A stretch of DNA of 64,000 nucleotides from Vulcanococcus limneticus LL (GCA_943361925.1 CALRIT020000018.1:20346-84345), one strand, 5' to 3'; shown: positions 20,003 to 30,341, counted from the stretch's first letter. A program made the numbers and translations. Notes: a model not told the origin generated them from the letters alone.

Positions 20003-21211
20003 ATGGATAGAAATCAACAATTACTTAAAGTAGCGGAAGAATTTGGTGCACCGGTTTATGTGTACGAAGCAGAGAAAATTATCAATCAATACAATAAACT
20101 AAAGAAAGCTTTTGCTCCTGTTGATGTTCAAATAAAGTATGCTTGTAAGGCATTAAATAATTCCGCTGTATTACGTTTATTAAAAAAGCAGGGTAGTGGA
20201 TTAGATACGGTTTCTATCAATGAAGTTCAATTAGGATTAAGAGCAGGTTTTTCGCCAAATGAGATAATTTTTACTCCTAATTGTGTAAGCATTGAAGAGA
20301 TTCAGGAAGCAGTAGAATTGGGTGTTCATATTAATATCGATAATATCTCGATTTTAGAGCAATTTGGTTCAATTTATGGAAATACAGTTCCATGTTGTAT
20401 TCGTATTAATCCGCATATTTTAGCCGGTGGTAATAGCAAAATTTCAACAGGTCATATAGATTCTAAATTTGGTATTTCTGTTTATCAATTACGCCATGTG
20501 CTTAGAGTTGTAGAATCACAAAAGATTAAAGTGAATGGCCTACACATGCATACCGGTTCTGATATTTTAGACCCAGGTGTGTTTTTACAAGGAGCGGAAA
20601 TTTTGTTTGATGCTGCCAGAGATTTCAAGGATTTAGAATTTCTTGATTTTGGAAGTGGATTTAAAGTGGCTTATAAAGAAGGTGATATCACTACTGATAT
20701 TGAAGAGTTAGGTTCAGCTTTGGCAACTCGCTTTTTAGAGTTCTGCAAAGACTATGGAAGAGAATTAGAATTATGGTTTGAACCAGGAAAGTTTTTAGTA
20801 AGTGAATCAGGATTTTTCTTAGTTAAAGTAAATGTACTTAAACAAACAACAGCAACTGTTTTTGTTGGAGTTGATAGTGGTTTAAATCATTTAATCAGAC
20901 CAATGTTATACGATTCTTATCATCACATAGAAAATATTTCAAATCTTGAGGGAAAACAAAGAATTTATACAGTGGTAGGTTATATCTGTGAAACGGATAC
21001 ATTTGGTTGGGATAGAAAGTTAAATGAGGTAAGAGAAGGTGATATTCTCTGCTTTAGAAATGCTGGAGCCTACGGATTTACCATGAGTAGTAATTACAAT
21101 GCAAGATTTCGTCCTGCAGAAGTTATGTTATACAATGGTCAAGCACATTTGATCCGTCAAAGGGAAACTTTTGAAGATTTGATAAAAAATGAAATTGAAA
21201 TAAATTTATAA
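20003..21211 (+). CDS. lysA: Diaminopimelate decarboxylase
   Basis: PLP-dependent group IV decarboxylase pattern (YACKA PLP lysine, HMHTGS, EPGK, CETDT). The first ATG is at 20003. Confidence 0.9.
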   Translation: MDRNQQLLKVAEEFGAPVYVYEAEKIINQYNKLKKAFAPVDVQIKYACKALNNSAVLRLLKKQGSGLDTVSINEVQLGLRAGFSPNEIIFTPNCVSIEEIQEAVELGVHINIDNISILEQFGSIYGNTVPCCIRINPHILAGGNSKISTGHIDSKFGISVYQLRHVLRVVESQKIKVNGLHMHTGSDILDPGVFLQGAEILFDAARDFKDLEFLDFGSGFKVAYKEGDITTDIEELGSALATRFLEFCKDYGRELELWFEPGKFLVSESGFFLVKVNVLKQTTATVFVGVDSGLNHLIRPMLYDSYHHIENISNLEGKQRIYTVVGYICETDTFGWDRKLNEVREGDILCFRNAGAYGFTMSSNYNARFRPAEVMLYNGQAHLIRQRETFEDLIKNEIEINL

Positions 21212-21212
21212 T

Positions 21213-21731
21213 ATGGAAGCTCTTAAATTTCCGATAGGCAGATTCGTTTCGCCTGAAACTTTTAACCAGGAAATGATGGAAATGTATAAAGCCACCATTC
21301 AACATTTCCCAGATTTGTTAGAGGCTAAATTGAAACAATTGAATTCAACACAATTGAATGAAACCTATAGAGAAGGTTCATGGACTGTCAGGCAAGTTGT
21401 TCATCATTTAGCAGATAGTCACATGAATGCTTTTATTCGTTTTAAATTGGCTTTAAGTGAGGATAAGCCTGTAATTAAACCGTATTTGCAAGATGCTTTT
21501 GTAGAAATGGATGATGAGAAAGAATTTGATATTTTACCTTCATTATCAATCATCAGAGGTGTTCATGAAAGATGGATTAAATTATTAAATAGCATGAGTG
21601 AAAGTGATTTTGAACGTGCTTATATTCATCCTGAATACAATAAAGAATATAATTTGAAATTTGCTTTAGCACAATACGATTGGCACTGCAAAACACATTT
21701 AGGCCATATTCAGATTGTCTTAAGCAAATAA
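21213..21731 (+). CDS. DinB/YfiT-family metal-dependent (bacillithiol-transferase-like) protein
   Basis: PIGRF...W.VRQVVHHLADSHMNAFIRFK...H...H pattern of YfiT-like DinB-superfamily proteins. Confidence 0.8.
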   Translation: MEALKFPIGRFVSPETFNQEMMEMYKATIQHFPDLLEAKLKQLNSTQLNETYREGSWTVRQVVHHLADSHMNAFIRFKLALSEDKPVIKPYLQDAFVEMDDEKEFDILPSLSIIRGVHERWIKLLNSMSESDFERAYIHPEYNKEYNLKFALAQYDWHCKTHLGHIQIVLSK

Positions 21732-21736
21732 GATAT

Positions 21737-21792
21737 AACACACAACAAAAAAGGGAATTTTCAATTGAAAATTCCCTTTTTTGTTGTGTGTT
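21737..21792. terminator. Bidirectional intrinsic terminator (very long stem)
   Basis: AACACACAACAAAAAAGGGAATTTTCAATTGAAAATTCCCTTTTTTGTTGTGTGTT is a near-perfect 56-nt palindrome between the convergent yfiT-like gene and lepB. Confidence 0.75.
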
Positions 21793-21799
21793 AAAAGAG

Positions 21800-23317
21800 T
21801 TATTTTATCCCTCTGAACAACCTATTCCAACGGATATTTTTAAATAGGTTTTCACCATCTTTATCCCAACTCATCCAAACAAATAATGCTTTCCCAACAA
21901 TATTTGTTTCTGGAACAAATCCCCAAAAACGACTATCAGCACTATTATGGCGATTATCACCCATCATAAAGTAGTAGTTATATTTGAAAGTATATGTTGT
22001 AATTTCTTTACCTCCTAAATAGAACTTACCATTTTTGGTTTCAAAATCAGGATTGTTTTCATAAACGCGAATTGCACGCTCATATAAAGGATAAGTAACA
22101 CTATCAAGTTTGATTTCAGAACCGGCTTTAGGAACATATAATGGTCCAAAATAATCTACATTCCATGTATTATTATCAATATGAGGGAATATACCATCTT
22201 GGTATACACCTCTGTCTTGTATAATAGAATCAACTGCCGAAATACCTCTTTCATTTTCAAAATCCTGTTTTGCTTTATAGGGCATAACGAATTCAAAATC
22301 AAGGTTTCCCCCGTGTACTTGTTTTCCTTCAGTTATATCATATTTTCTTCTGATTTTATGAAATCTTTCATCATCCCAACCATCTTGTTCATCTAATTTC
22401 ACATAATAGTTTACTTGCATATTTTTAGGTTTATCTGCAGCAATACCATTCACATAAACCTCTCCATGTATAACTTCTATACTATCACCTGAAATAGCTA
22501 AACAACGTTTAATATAATTCTCTTTTTTATCACTTGGTCTTCCATCTTCATACGGATAATTAAACACAACAACATCATTATTTTTAATCGGACTAATGGC
22601 ACTTAAGCGTTTGTAAGGCATCGACATCCAATCTAAATAAGAGTTTACAGAATCTGTTAAAGGAAGCGTATTGTGTGCAAAAGGAAAGGCTAATGGAGTC
22701 ATTGGTAATCTTGTGCCAAAATGCATTTTACTAACAAAAAGAAAATCTCCAACCAACAATGATTTCTCCATTGAAGGAGTAGGAATCGTATAAGCTTCAA
22801 TAAAATAAGAACGAATAACAGTTGCAGCCAATGTTGCAAACCAAATTGCATCCGACCATTCATAAGTCATTCTATTGTCTGGTTTACCAATTGCTAAAAT
22901 TATAGCAACAACAACAATTCCTATACTAATGAAAATTGAAAAATATTGTTTGAATAAGAATATGCTACCCAAAAGAATGAGTGCAGATAAAAACTTGTTT
23001 TCTTTTGAATCTTTTTCTTTGCCAATGATATTATTAAAGCTAAAGTATAATTTATGTAAAGCGAATAGTAATACATATACTATAGGTGCTATAATTAAGG
23101 CCAATAGACCAGTGAAATAAAGAAGAATCAATGAACAACCATAAACAAAATTCATAATTGCTGATGCATAACTAGCACCGGCACTGATGTATAATCCTGC
23201 AATGATTAAGTTTAACAAACACCAGATAATTGTAATTATCCATTGTTTTTTAGTGAATTCCTTAGGACTGGTAAAATAAAATTTGAAAGTTTCTGAAAGA
23301 TTAAATGATTGTGTCAT
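21800..23317 (-). CDS. lepB: Signal peptidase I with a long N-terminal multi-TM extension
   Basis: Catalytic-Ser box ([15 protein letters not shown]) and [17 protein letters not shown] box. About 170 aa of hydrophobic segments precede the catalytic domain. The first ATG is at 23317; the track starts at TTG 23341. Confidence 0.9.
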   Translation of the reverse strand: MTQSFNLSETFKFYFTSPKEFTKKQWIITIIWCLLNLIIAGLYISAGASYASAIMNFVYGCSLILLYFTGLLALIIAPIVYVLLFALHKLYFSFNNIIGKEKDSKENKFLSALILLGSIFLFKQYFSIFISIGIVVVAIILAIGKPDNRMTYEWSDAIWFATLAATVIRSYFIEAYTIPTPSMEKSLLVGDFLFVSKMHFGTRLPMTPLAFPFAHNTLPLTDSVNSYLDWMSMPYKRLSAISPIKNNDVVVFNYPYEDGRPSDKKENYIKRCLAISGDSIEVIHGEVYVNGIAADKPKNMQVNYYVKLDEQDGWDDERFHKIRRKYDITEGKQVHGGNLDFEFVMPYKAKQDFENERGISAVDSIIQDRGVYQDGIFPHIDNNTWNVDYFGPLYVPKAGSEIKLDSVTYPLYERAIRVYENNPDFETKNGKFYLGGKEITTYTFKYNYYFMMGDNRHNSADSRFWGFVPETNIVGKALFVWMSWDKDGENLFKNIRWNRLFRGIK

Positions 23318-23407
23318 CTGAAATGCTTTTGTTGAGGGCAAAATGCTAAAAAAATGGTAAAAACTAATTTTAGTTTTGCTAAATGGTTGAAATTGAATGA
23401 TAAAGTA

Positions 23408-24172
23408 TTAAGAACCTTTGATGAAATCATCTAGATTTAAGATATCATCCATTGTGTAAACTCCTTTTTTGCCTATGATCCATTCGGCAGCCATAAGAGC
23501 TCCTTTGGCAAACCCATAACGCGATTTTGCATCATGTGTAATCTGAATTGAATCAATAACCGATTCATATTTTACAGTATGTAATCCTGTAACATCTCCT
23601 TCTCTGTATGATTCAATCAACAATTCATGAGCTTTTGCGCTTTGTGCAGGTTGATTTTTATCGAATATTAATCGGTCTTTGATAGTAGTTTTTTGTGGAT
23701 ATTCTGCCATCACATGTTTTGCTAAACTTAAAGCAGTTCCACTTGGGTGATCTAATTTAGCAGTATGATGTACCTCTTCAATCATGACATCATAATTGTC
23801 GAAATTTTTCATCATTGAAGCTAAAATTTTATTCAGTTTATAAAATAAATTTACTCCAACACTAAAGTTTGAACTATAAACTAAGGCCTGTCCTTCTTTT
23901 TCTGCTAATTCTTTTATTTCATCCAATTGATCATACCAACCTGTCGTTCCTACAACAACAGGAACACCGGCTTCAAAGCATTTATGGATATTATCAACAG
24001 CTGCAGTTGGCATGCTGAAATCAATTGCTACATCTACATTTTTAAGACTAAGTGGCATAAAATCATATGCATTTTCTAATGTTACTTTGTAAATGATTTC
24101 ATGGTTTTTTGCCATTGCTATTTTTTCAATAGCCATTCCCATTTTACCATAGCCTAATAGTGCGATTTTCAT
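23408..24172 (-). CDS. dapB: 4-hydroxy-tetrahydrodipicolinate reductase
   Basis: N-terminal Rossmann motif (MKIALLGYGKMG) and the E.HH..K.D.PSGTA motif (EVHHTAKLDHPSGTA). Confidence 0.9.
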   Translation of the reverse strand: MKIALLGYGKMGMAIEKIAMAKNHEIIYKVTLENAYDFMPLSLKNVDVAIDFSMPTAAVDNIHKCFEAGVPVVVGTTGWYDQLDEIKELAEKEGQALVYSSNFSVGVNLFYKLNKILASMMKNFDNYDVMIEEVHHTAKLDHPSGTALSLAKHVMAEYPQKTTIKDRLIFDKNQPAQSAKAHELLIESYREGDVTGLHTVKYESVIDSIQITHDAKSRYGFAKGALMAAEWIIGKKGVYTMDDILNLDDFIKGS

Positions 24173-24249
24173 TTATTCTTCGTTTTAAGAATGCTCAAAA
24201 GAGCAATTTTTGCTGTAATATAAACAAGAAATTCCGATTAAGGAAATTT

Positions 24250-24789
24250 TTATCGGATACTTAAGGTGAAACTTAATCCAGTTGAAGTACAATAAGGTGT
24301 TTGACGAATATCAGGACTTATTCTTAAACTCAAGTTTTCACTCATGTCAAAACCTTTTAAATGAGCGTCAACAGTGGCATCCACAATTTGAAGTGCATAC
24401 AATCCTACCATAGAAATGATAGATAAATCTCTTGATTTTCTATAACTCTCTCGTACGTTTAACAACATTTCTCCAGGTAAATTTGCAAACTCTGGGTTTG
24501 TAACAGGTTGCTTGTTTAGCACTTGAATATAAGCTTCTCTTACAGAGTTATATTCATTTTTATAAAATACATAAGAATAACCTAATGCTGCAAATCCACC
24601 ATAAATAATAGGAAGTTTCCAGTATTTTTTATTATAAATCTGTCCTGCACCCGGAACCAATGCAATTAATGTAACTTTATGATATGGATTTGTCTCCTTT
24701 TTAGGTTCAGGTTTTTTCACCGGAGCCTGAGCTTTTAAGCTGGTTCCGGTGAAAATTAATAGTAATATGATTGAAAAAATTCTTATCAC
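24250..24789 (-). CDS. DUF5683-family membrane protein (the conserved Bacteroidota parB neighbour)
   Basis: Signal peptide and the LVPGAGQIYNKKYWKLPIIYGG motif. The position immediately downstream of parB, with a 4-nt overlap, is typical for this family. Confidence 0.7.
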   Translation of the reverse strand: MIRIFSIILLLIFTGTSLKAQAPVKKPEPKKETNPYHKVTLIALVPGAGQIYNKKYWKLPIIYGGFAALGYSYVFYKNEYNSVREAYIQVLNKQPVTNPEFANLPGEMLLNVRESYRKSRDLSIISMVGLYALQIVDATVDAHLKGFDMSENLSLRISPDIRQTPYCTSTGLSFTLSIR

Positions 24790-25673
24790 AGTAAATCAAT
24801 AAGTCGTTTTAAATCTTGTTGAGATTTGAAAGGAATGACCAAAGAACCACGGCCTCTTTCATCTGCTTTGATTTTTACTTTTGTATCGAATTTATTACTT
24901 AATGTTTGCTGAAACTCAATAAAACTTGATGGTGTTTCTGTTTTTTTCTTTGCAGGATTACTTGCCTTTTTTTCTTCAACTCTTTCGTGAGCCTGACGAA
25001 CCAAAGTTTCAACATCTCTAACAGATAAACTATCTTCAACCATTTTGTTGAAAAGATATTGTTGTTCATCAGCATCTTCAATATTGATAATTGCTCTGGC
25101 ATGACCCATCGTAATTTCATTATCTCTGATAGCAACTTGAATATTATCCGGAAGTTTTAATAAACGAAGGTAGTTATTAACGGTAGAACGATTTTTACCA
25201 ACTCTATCTCCTAATTGTTCTTGATTTAAACTGCATTCATCCAATAATCTCTTGTAACTGAATGCAATTTCCATAGCATTTAATTCTTCACGTTGTATGT
25301 TTTCAATTAATGCCATTTCAAGCATTCCCTGATCATCAGCCAAACGGATATAAGCTGGAATATTTGTTAGACCTGCGATTCTTGCAGCACGGGTTCTTCT
25401 TTCTCCACTTATAATTTGATAAGAATCGTAACCTAATTTTCTAACAGTAATTGGTTGAATAATTCCGTGAACCTTGATAGATTCTGCTAATTCATTTAAG
25501 GCAGTTTCTTCAAAAACATCACGAGGTTGAAATGGATTTGCCTGAACCTGACTAATAGGAATTTCACTAATAGAATTCAGTGGTTTTGCTTCTGATCCTG
25601 TGATATCGGTACTGGCATTTTCGAGCAATGCGCTTAATCCTCTTCCCAGTGCGTTTCTTTGTTGTTTGCTCAT
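24786..25673 (-). CDS. parB: Chromosome partitioning protein ParB/Spo0J
   Basis: ParB box GERRTRAARIAGL, an HTH region, and the N-terminal LGRGLSALL motif. Confidence 0.9.
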   Translation of the reverse strand: MSKQQRNALGRGLSALLENASTDITGSEAKPLNSISEIPISQVQANPFQPRDVFEETALNELAESIKVHGIIQPITVRKLGYDSYQIISGERRTRAARIAGLTNIPAYIRLADDQGMLEMALIENIQREELNAMEIAFSYKRLLDECSLNQEQLGDRVGKNRSTVNNYLRLLKLPDNIQVAIRDNEITMGHARAIINIEDADEQQYLFNKMVEDSLSVRDVETLVRQAHERVEEKKASNPAKKKTETPSSFIEFQQTLSNKFDTKVKIKADERGRGSLVIPFKSQQDLKRLIDLL

Positions 25674-25691
25674 ATAATTACTATAGAAATA

Positions 25692-26504
25692 TTAGTTATT
25701 TGTTGTTTGTGTATTAAAGTCTACTGTTCCTGTTTTGGTCAATCCATTTTTATGTAACAATTCTTTTGCCAGATTTAAATAATTGATTGCTCCTTTGCTT
25801 TCAGCATCAAAAGAGATAGCTGCTTTACCAAAACTTGGTGCTTCTGATAATTTAGTGTTTCTCTGAATGATTGTATCAAATACCAATTGTTGGAAATGCA
25901 TTTTTACTTCATCAACCACCTGATTACTTAAACGAAGACGCATATCATACATTGTTAATAATAAACCTTCAATTTGCAATTCTGGGTTCATTCCAGACTG
26001 AATAATTTTAACAGTATTGAGTAGTTTTCCCAATCCTTCTAATGCAAAATATTCACATTGAACCGGAATGATAACGGAGTCACTAGCAGCCAATGAATTT
26101 GTTGTGATTAAACCTAATGATGGCGAACAATCAATAATTACAAAGTCGTAATCATCTTTTATTTTAGAAAAAGCAAACTTCATCAATTTCTCTCTGTTTG
26201 GTACACTAATTAACTCAATTTCAGCACCAACCAAGTCGATATTTGATGGAAGAATATCCATATATTGATACTCAGTGCTCAATATTGCATCTTTTGCTGG
26301 TACTTCATTTACCAACACCTCATATAAGCCAGTTCTAATATCCTTAGGATCTAATCCAATACCTGAGGTTGAATTTGCTTGAGGGTCAGCATCCACTAAG
26401 AGTGTTCTGAATTCAAGTACAGCTAAACTAGCGGCTAAATTAATAGCTGTTGTGGTTTTTCCTACGCCACCTTTTTGATTAACGATTGATATTGTTTTGC
26501 TCAT
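25692..26504 (-). CDS. parA: Chromosome partitioning ATPase ParA/Soj
   Basis: Deviant Walker A motif (NQKGGVGKTTTAINLA) and the ParA/Soj layout. Confidence 0.9.
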   Translation of the reverse strand: MSKTISIVNQKGGVGKTTTAINLAASLAVLEFRTLLVDADPQANSTSGIGLDPKDIRTGLYEVLVNEVPAKDAILSTEYQYMDILPSNIDLVGAEIELISVPNREKLMKFAFSKIKDDYDFVIIDCSPSLGLITTNSLAASDSVIIPVQCEYFALEGLGKLLNTVKIIQSGMNPELQIEGLLLTMYDMRLRLSNQVVDEVKMHFQQLVFDTIIQRNTKLSEAPSFGKAAISFDAESKGAINYLNLAKELLHKNGLTKTGTVDFNTQTTNN

Positions 26505-26513
26505 TTGAATAAA

Positions 26514-27194
26514 TTACAATTGAATGGTTTCTGAAATGGTTAATAGAAATAACTCTTTGTTTTTGTCTGAAAATACTTGTTTTGCGGCAATATGATCTAT
26601 TTTAATTGGAGCAAAAGTGTCATAGTGAATTCCAATAATTTTATCACATTGAATAAAGTTTGAAGCAATTACAGCATCATCAGCATCCATTGTGAAATTT
26701 CCTCCAATTGGCAGAATTGCCCAATCGACGGGATTAAATTCACCAATTAACTTCATTTCCTGAGTTAATCCTGTATCTCCACTATAGTAAACAGTCTTTC
26801 CTTCAGAAAAAATTAAAAAGCCAATAGAAGTTCCTCCATAAGTGCCATCAGGTAGACTTGAGGAATGGGCTGCAAAAGTTATTTTGACAGTTCCAAAATC
26901 AAATTTGGCTTTTCCGCCGATGTTCATTGAATGAAGATTTTTTACTCCTTGTTTTTCAAGCCACAACATGATTTCCCAACCACTAATTACTAATGCATTG
27001 GTTCTTTTTGCGATGTAAACTAAATCATCAGTATGGTCCATGTGGCCATGTGAAACTAAAATATAATCAGCCTCAATAGAATCAATAGAAATTTCCTTAG
27101 CAAATTCATTTTGCCTAATAAAGGGATCAAACAACAATTTCTTGCCGCCTGTTTCCAGTAAAAAACACGAATGTCCGTAATAAGTAAATTTCAT
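26514..27194 (-). CDS. Metallo-beta-lactamase-fold hydrolase (UPF0173-like)
   Basis: MKFTYYGHSCF start, HGHMDH metal motif, about 226 aa. Confidence 0.8.
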   Translation of the reverse strand: MKFTYYGHSCFLLETGGKKLLFDPFIRQNEFAKEISIDSIEADYILVSHGHMDHTDDLVYIAKRTNALVISGWEIMLWLEKQGVKNLHSMNIGGKAKFDFGTVKITFAAHSSSLPDGTYGGTSIGFLIFSEGKTVYYSGDTGLTQEMKLIGEFNPVDWAILPIGGNFTMDADDAVIASNFIQCDKIIGIHYDTFAPIKIDHIAAKQVFSDKNKELFLLTISETIQL

Positions 27195-27244
27195 TTTTTT
27201 AATCCTTAATTGCCTTTAAACACAAGTTTTTCAACATCTTTTTA

Positions 27245-27287
27245 TTTCCGTGAAACTTATTTTCTTGGAAATATACTTTCCGTGAAA
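27245..27287. promoter_or_regulatory. Two direct copies of the 11-mer TTTCCGTGAAA (TTTC-N3-GAAA half-site palindrome), 32 bp apart, upstream of the MBL-fold hydrolase gene
   Basis: Read directly at 27245-27255 and 27277-27287. An inverted partial copy (ACGGAAA) lies at 27330-27336. The sites are about 50-95 nt upstream of the ATG at 27194 on the minus strand. Confidence 0.45.
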
Positions 27288-27361
27288 TGCTTGCTGTAAT
27301 TGCGTGGAACAATTTCAGAACAACAAATTACGGAAATCAAGATGCCAACTAATACACCATC

Positions 27362-27382
27362 TATCCACAGGGGTGTGGATGA
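27362..27382. other. Converging DnaA-box-like pair / small hairpin (TATCCACA-GGGG-TGTGGATGA)
   Basis: Read directly. Each half differs from TTATCCACA at one position, and together they form a 7-bp stem with a GGGG loop. The site lies about 70-90 nt downstream of the ald-like gene stop. Confidence 0.35.
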
Positions 27383-27449
27383 TTTATTAGGCTGTTATTT
27401 AGTCAGATAACTTTAAAACCTAAAATTAATTTGGAAAGCAATGATTGTT

Positions 27450-28676
27450 CTAAATATGTGCTCCCAGTAATAAATCTATGTCTTTGTGATAGATACTCAG
27501 ACGTTTACCTAAATGTTTATTGGTTAAATTACCTTTATAAATATAAATCCCACTCCTTAATTCGGCATTATTATACAGATAATCTGTTAATGAGCCTGAT
27601 TCGCTAAGTTTCATTAATAAAGGACTTAAAATATTGCTCAAAGCATAACTGGCTGTTCTGCTTACTCTTGACGTAATATTTGGAACACAATAGTGTATGA
27701 TGCCGTGTTTTGTAAAGGTTGGTTTTGAGTGACTTGTAATTTCGGAAGTTTCAAAAATTCCTCCCTGGTCAATACTAATATCAATAATCACCGAACCTTC
27801 TTTCATATGAGAAATTTGTTCTTCAGTAATCAAAACCGGACTTCTTCCTTCTTCATTTCTAATGCAGCCAATTACAACATCTGCCGACATTAAAGCTTTG
27901 TGAAGTATTTTTGGATGTACAAGTGAAGTGTAAACCTGTTGCTGAATTTCGTTTTGTAAACTTCTTAAGTTGGTAAGTGAATGGTCGAAAACTTTAATCA
28001 TAGCGCCATATCCCAATGCTGCTTTGGCTGCAAATCTTCCTACAGTTCCGGCTCCAATAATTAAGATTTCTGTTGGTGGAATTCCTGTAACTCCTCCTAA
28101 CATTTCACCTTTGCCACCTCTGTTTACACTCAACAATTCTGAAGCAACAGATATAGCAGAATATCCTGCAATTTCACTCATTGTTCTTACAACAGGGTAG
28201 GAGCCATCAATATCTTTCAGGTATTCAAAAGCAAAAGCATTGATTTTTTTATTCATCAAACTACGGATGAATTTTTCTGATTTTGAGCCATGTTGAAGGG
28301 CAGAAATCAAAAGTTTATCAGGACTTAATAGTTGAATTTCCTCCTCAGTTGGTGGCTCAACTTTAACAATTACATGAGCTTTAAAAATTTCCTCTTTTGA
28401 AAAACAGATTTTAGCACCTGCTTCACTAAAATCTTTATCAGAAAATCCTGCGCCGGCACCAGTTCCACTTTCAATCCAAACTTCATTTCCATTATTGACC
28501 AATACCTGCACAGATGAAGGAGTTAATGGAACTCTATGTTCTTGTAATGTAGTTTCTTTAGGAACACCAATATAAAGTGTTTTATGAGGCTGAAATACTT
28601 CAAGCAAAGCTTCTTTGGGTTGAAGAGAGGCTTGTTTTGCCAATTCACTAAAGCCAAAAGCAGGGGTTTCTTGCAT
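27450..28676 (-). CDS. Alanine dehydrogenase/PNT-family NAD-dependent dehydrogenase
   Basis: AlaDH/PNT N-terminal domain (GVPKETTLQEHRVPLTP), the Rossmann motif IIGAGTVGRFAAKAA, and the C-terminal HYCVPNITSRVSRTAS motif. Confidence 0.8.
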   Translation of the reverse strand: MQETPAFGFSELAKQASLQPKEALLEVFQPHKTLYIGVPKETTLQEHRVPLTPSSVQVLVNNGNEVWIESGTGAGAGFSDKDFSEAGAKICFSKEEIFKAHVIVKVEPPTEEEIQLLSPDKLLISALQHGSKSEKFIRSLMNKKINAFAFEYLKDIDGSYPVVRTMSEIAGYSAISVASELLSVNRGGKGEMLGGVTGIPPTEILIIGAGTVGRFAAKAALGYGAMIKVFDHSLTNLRSLQNEIQQQVYTSLVHPKILHKALMSADVVIGCIRNEEGRSPVLITEEQISHMKEGSVIIDISIDQGGIFETSEITSHSKPTFTKHGIIHYCVPNITSRVSRTASYALSNILSPLLMKLSESGSLTDYLYNNAELRSGIYIYKGNLTNKHLGKRLSIYHKDIDLLLGAHI

Positions 28677-28746
28677 GGAATGTTCGATTCTTTTAGTAGG
28701 TTAGAACTCAAATATACAGATTTTAAAGAACTCTACCCAGCAACTT

Positions 28747-29166
28747 TTAGTAGTTTATTATTTCTTCCACACTCAAATTCCTGATATCATTCAAAATTTC
28801 TATTTCAATTTTTAGGAAGTTCTCCTTTGATAATATTGTTTCTATTTTTTCAGGCCATTCAATCAAACAAATATTTCCTGAGTCAAAATAATCTTCATAG
28901 CCAATATCATAAACTTCTTCAATGTTTTTTATCCTGTAAAAGTCGAAATGAAATATACTTTCCTTCTCTGAAACTCTATATTCATTAACTAATCCAAAAC
29001 TTGGACTACTAACTTCGTCCAATACATTTAGCGATTTACAAAGTTCCTTGATAAGTGTAGTTTTTCCTGCGCCCATTTCACCATAGAAACAGAAAATTGA
29101 ATGATTTTCAGTTAATGGAATGAGGGTTTGGACAGCTTTTCCAATTTCAGAAATACCATATTTCAT
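28747..29166 (-). CDS. tsaE: tRNA t6A37 biosynthesis ATPase TsaE
   Basis: GEMGAGKTTLIK P-loop, SPSFGLVNEY and FHFDFYR motifs, about 139 aa. Confidence 0.85.
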   Translation of the reverse strand: MKYGISEIGKAVQTLIPLTENHSIFCFYGEMGAGKTTLIKELCKSLNVLDEVSSPSFGLVNEYRVSEKESIFHFDFYRIKNIEEVYDIGYEDYFDSGNICLIEWPEKIETILSKENFLKIEIEILNDIRNLSVEEIINY

Positions 29167-30341
29167 TAAGAAACCTTTCTTCTTCTTTTGATTTCTTTTT
29201 GAATTAAGCTCAATTCTCTTCCAGCCTGACCTTGTACACTTGTATTTTCCTGAGCTCTTCTGAATAAATAAGGTAAAACCGATTTAACCGGTCCATAAGG
29301 TAAATACTTAGCAACATTATAACCTGCATGAGCCAGATTGTAACTCAAATGGTCGCTCATTCCGAATAATTGAGAAAAGTAAATTCTATAATCGTTCTTT
29401 TCCAATCCGTGTTTTTTAATCAAGTTTACTAAATGTTCGCTGCTTTTTTCGTTGTGAGAACCAGCGCAAATAGCCATTTTATTGATGTTTTCTAAACAAA
29501 AATCCAAAGCTAAATCATAATCTCTGTCAGTTGAGGCTTTGTCTGGTTGAATCGGATTTTTATAGCCCATTTGTTGTGCTCTTTCTCCTTCTTTTTCCAT
29601 GTAAGCACCTCTAACAAGTTTAATTCCATAATGGTAATTACCAGATTCAGCTCTTTTAAACGCCTCTTTTAAATAAGCTAATCTATCATGTCTGTAGAAT
29701 TGAAGGGTATTGAAAATCATGGCTTTTTCTTTGTTGTATTTCAACATCATTTCTTCAACCAAGCCATCAATTGTATTCTGAATCCAGCTTTCTTCTGCAT
29801 CTATAAACAAACGAACATTTAAATCAAATGCAGTTTTACAGATTTTTTCAATTCTTGATTTTGCTTTATTTAGTTCTGATAATTCAGTTTCTGATGGCAT
29901 TTTTCCAACATTTAAGCTTTCCAATAAACCAAATCTCATTACACCTGTAACTTTAAAAACGCTGAAAGGAATTCTTTTATCTCCTGCAGCTTTTTTAATG
30001 GTTCTTATAATTTCTTCAGCCGTTTCTTCAAAAACTTTTTCATCTTCTTCACCTTCAACTGAATAGTCTAGAATAGTTCCAACGCCATACTTATGCATGT
30101 TGTTCATAGCTAATTCACAGTCGTTTATGCTTTCACCTCCGCAAAATTGCTTAAAGACTGTTGCTTTAATTATTCCTTTAATTGGAAGATGTATTGCAAA
30201 GCAGGCATTAACCATTGCAGGACCAACCTGAACTAACCAATTGTATCCAATTGCTTTAAACAAAAAGTGAGAATTTCTTAGTTCTCCATCCGATTTCGCT
30301 TTAAAAGCAACCTCTGTATTATTAAAATCTAAAGTTTCCAT
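29166..30341 (-). CDS. Proline dehydrogenase (stand-alone PRODH domain)
   Basis: The C-terminal FSQLFGMSD...YLPYGPV...YLFRRAQENTS pattern is diagnostic of PutA-type PRODH barrels. Confidence 0.85.
   Translation of the reverse strand: METLDFNNTEVAFKAKSDGELRNSHFLFKAIGYNWLVQVGPAMVNACFAIHLPIKGIIKATVFKQFCGGESINDCELAMNNMHKYGVGTILDYSVEGEEDEKVFEETAEEIIRTIKKAAGDKRIPFSVFKVTGVMRFGLLESLNVGKMPSETELSELNKAKSRIEKICKTAFDLNVRLFIDAEESWIQNTIDGLVEEMMLKYNKEKAMIFNTLQFYRHDRLAYLKEAFKRAESGNYHYGIKLVRGAYMEKEGERAQQMGYKNPIQPDKASTDRDYDLALDFCLENINKMAICAGSHNEKSSEHLVNLIKKHGLEKNDYRIYFSQLFGMSDHLSYNLAHAGYNVAKYLPYGPVKSVLPYLFRRAQENTSVQGQAGRELSLIQKEIKRRRKVS

Noticed and set aside
27362-27382. Chromosomal origin (oriC) next to parAB.
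   Set aside because: There are only two degenerate DnaA boxes, no AT-rich DUE-like repeats and no dnaA or dnaN nearby, and the genes on both sides run the same way. That is insufficient for an origin call, so it is kept only as a possible regulatory site.
28523-28784. Two 62-66-aa ORFs spanning the ald-like 5' end and the ald-tsaE spacer.
   Set aside because: They overlap the ald-like N-terminus or the tsaE stop region, have no recognisable features and have implausible composition.
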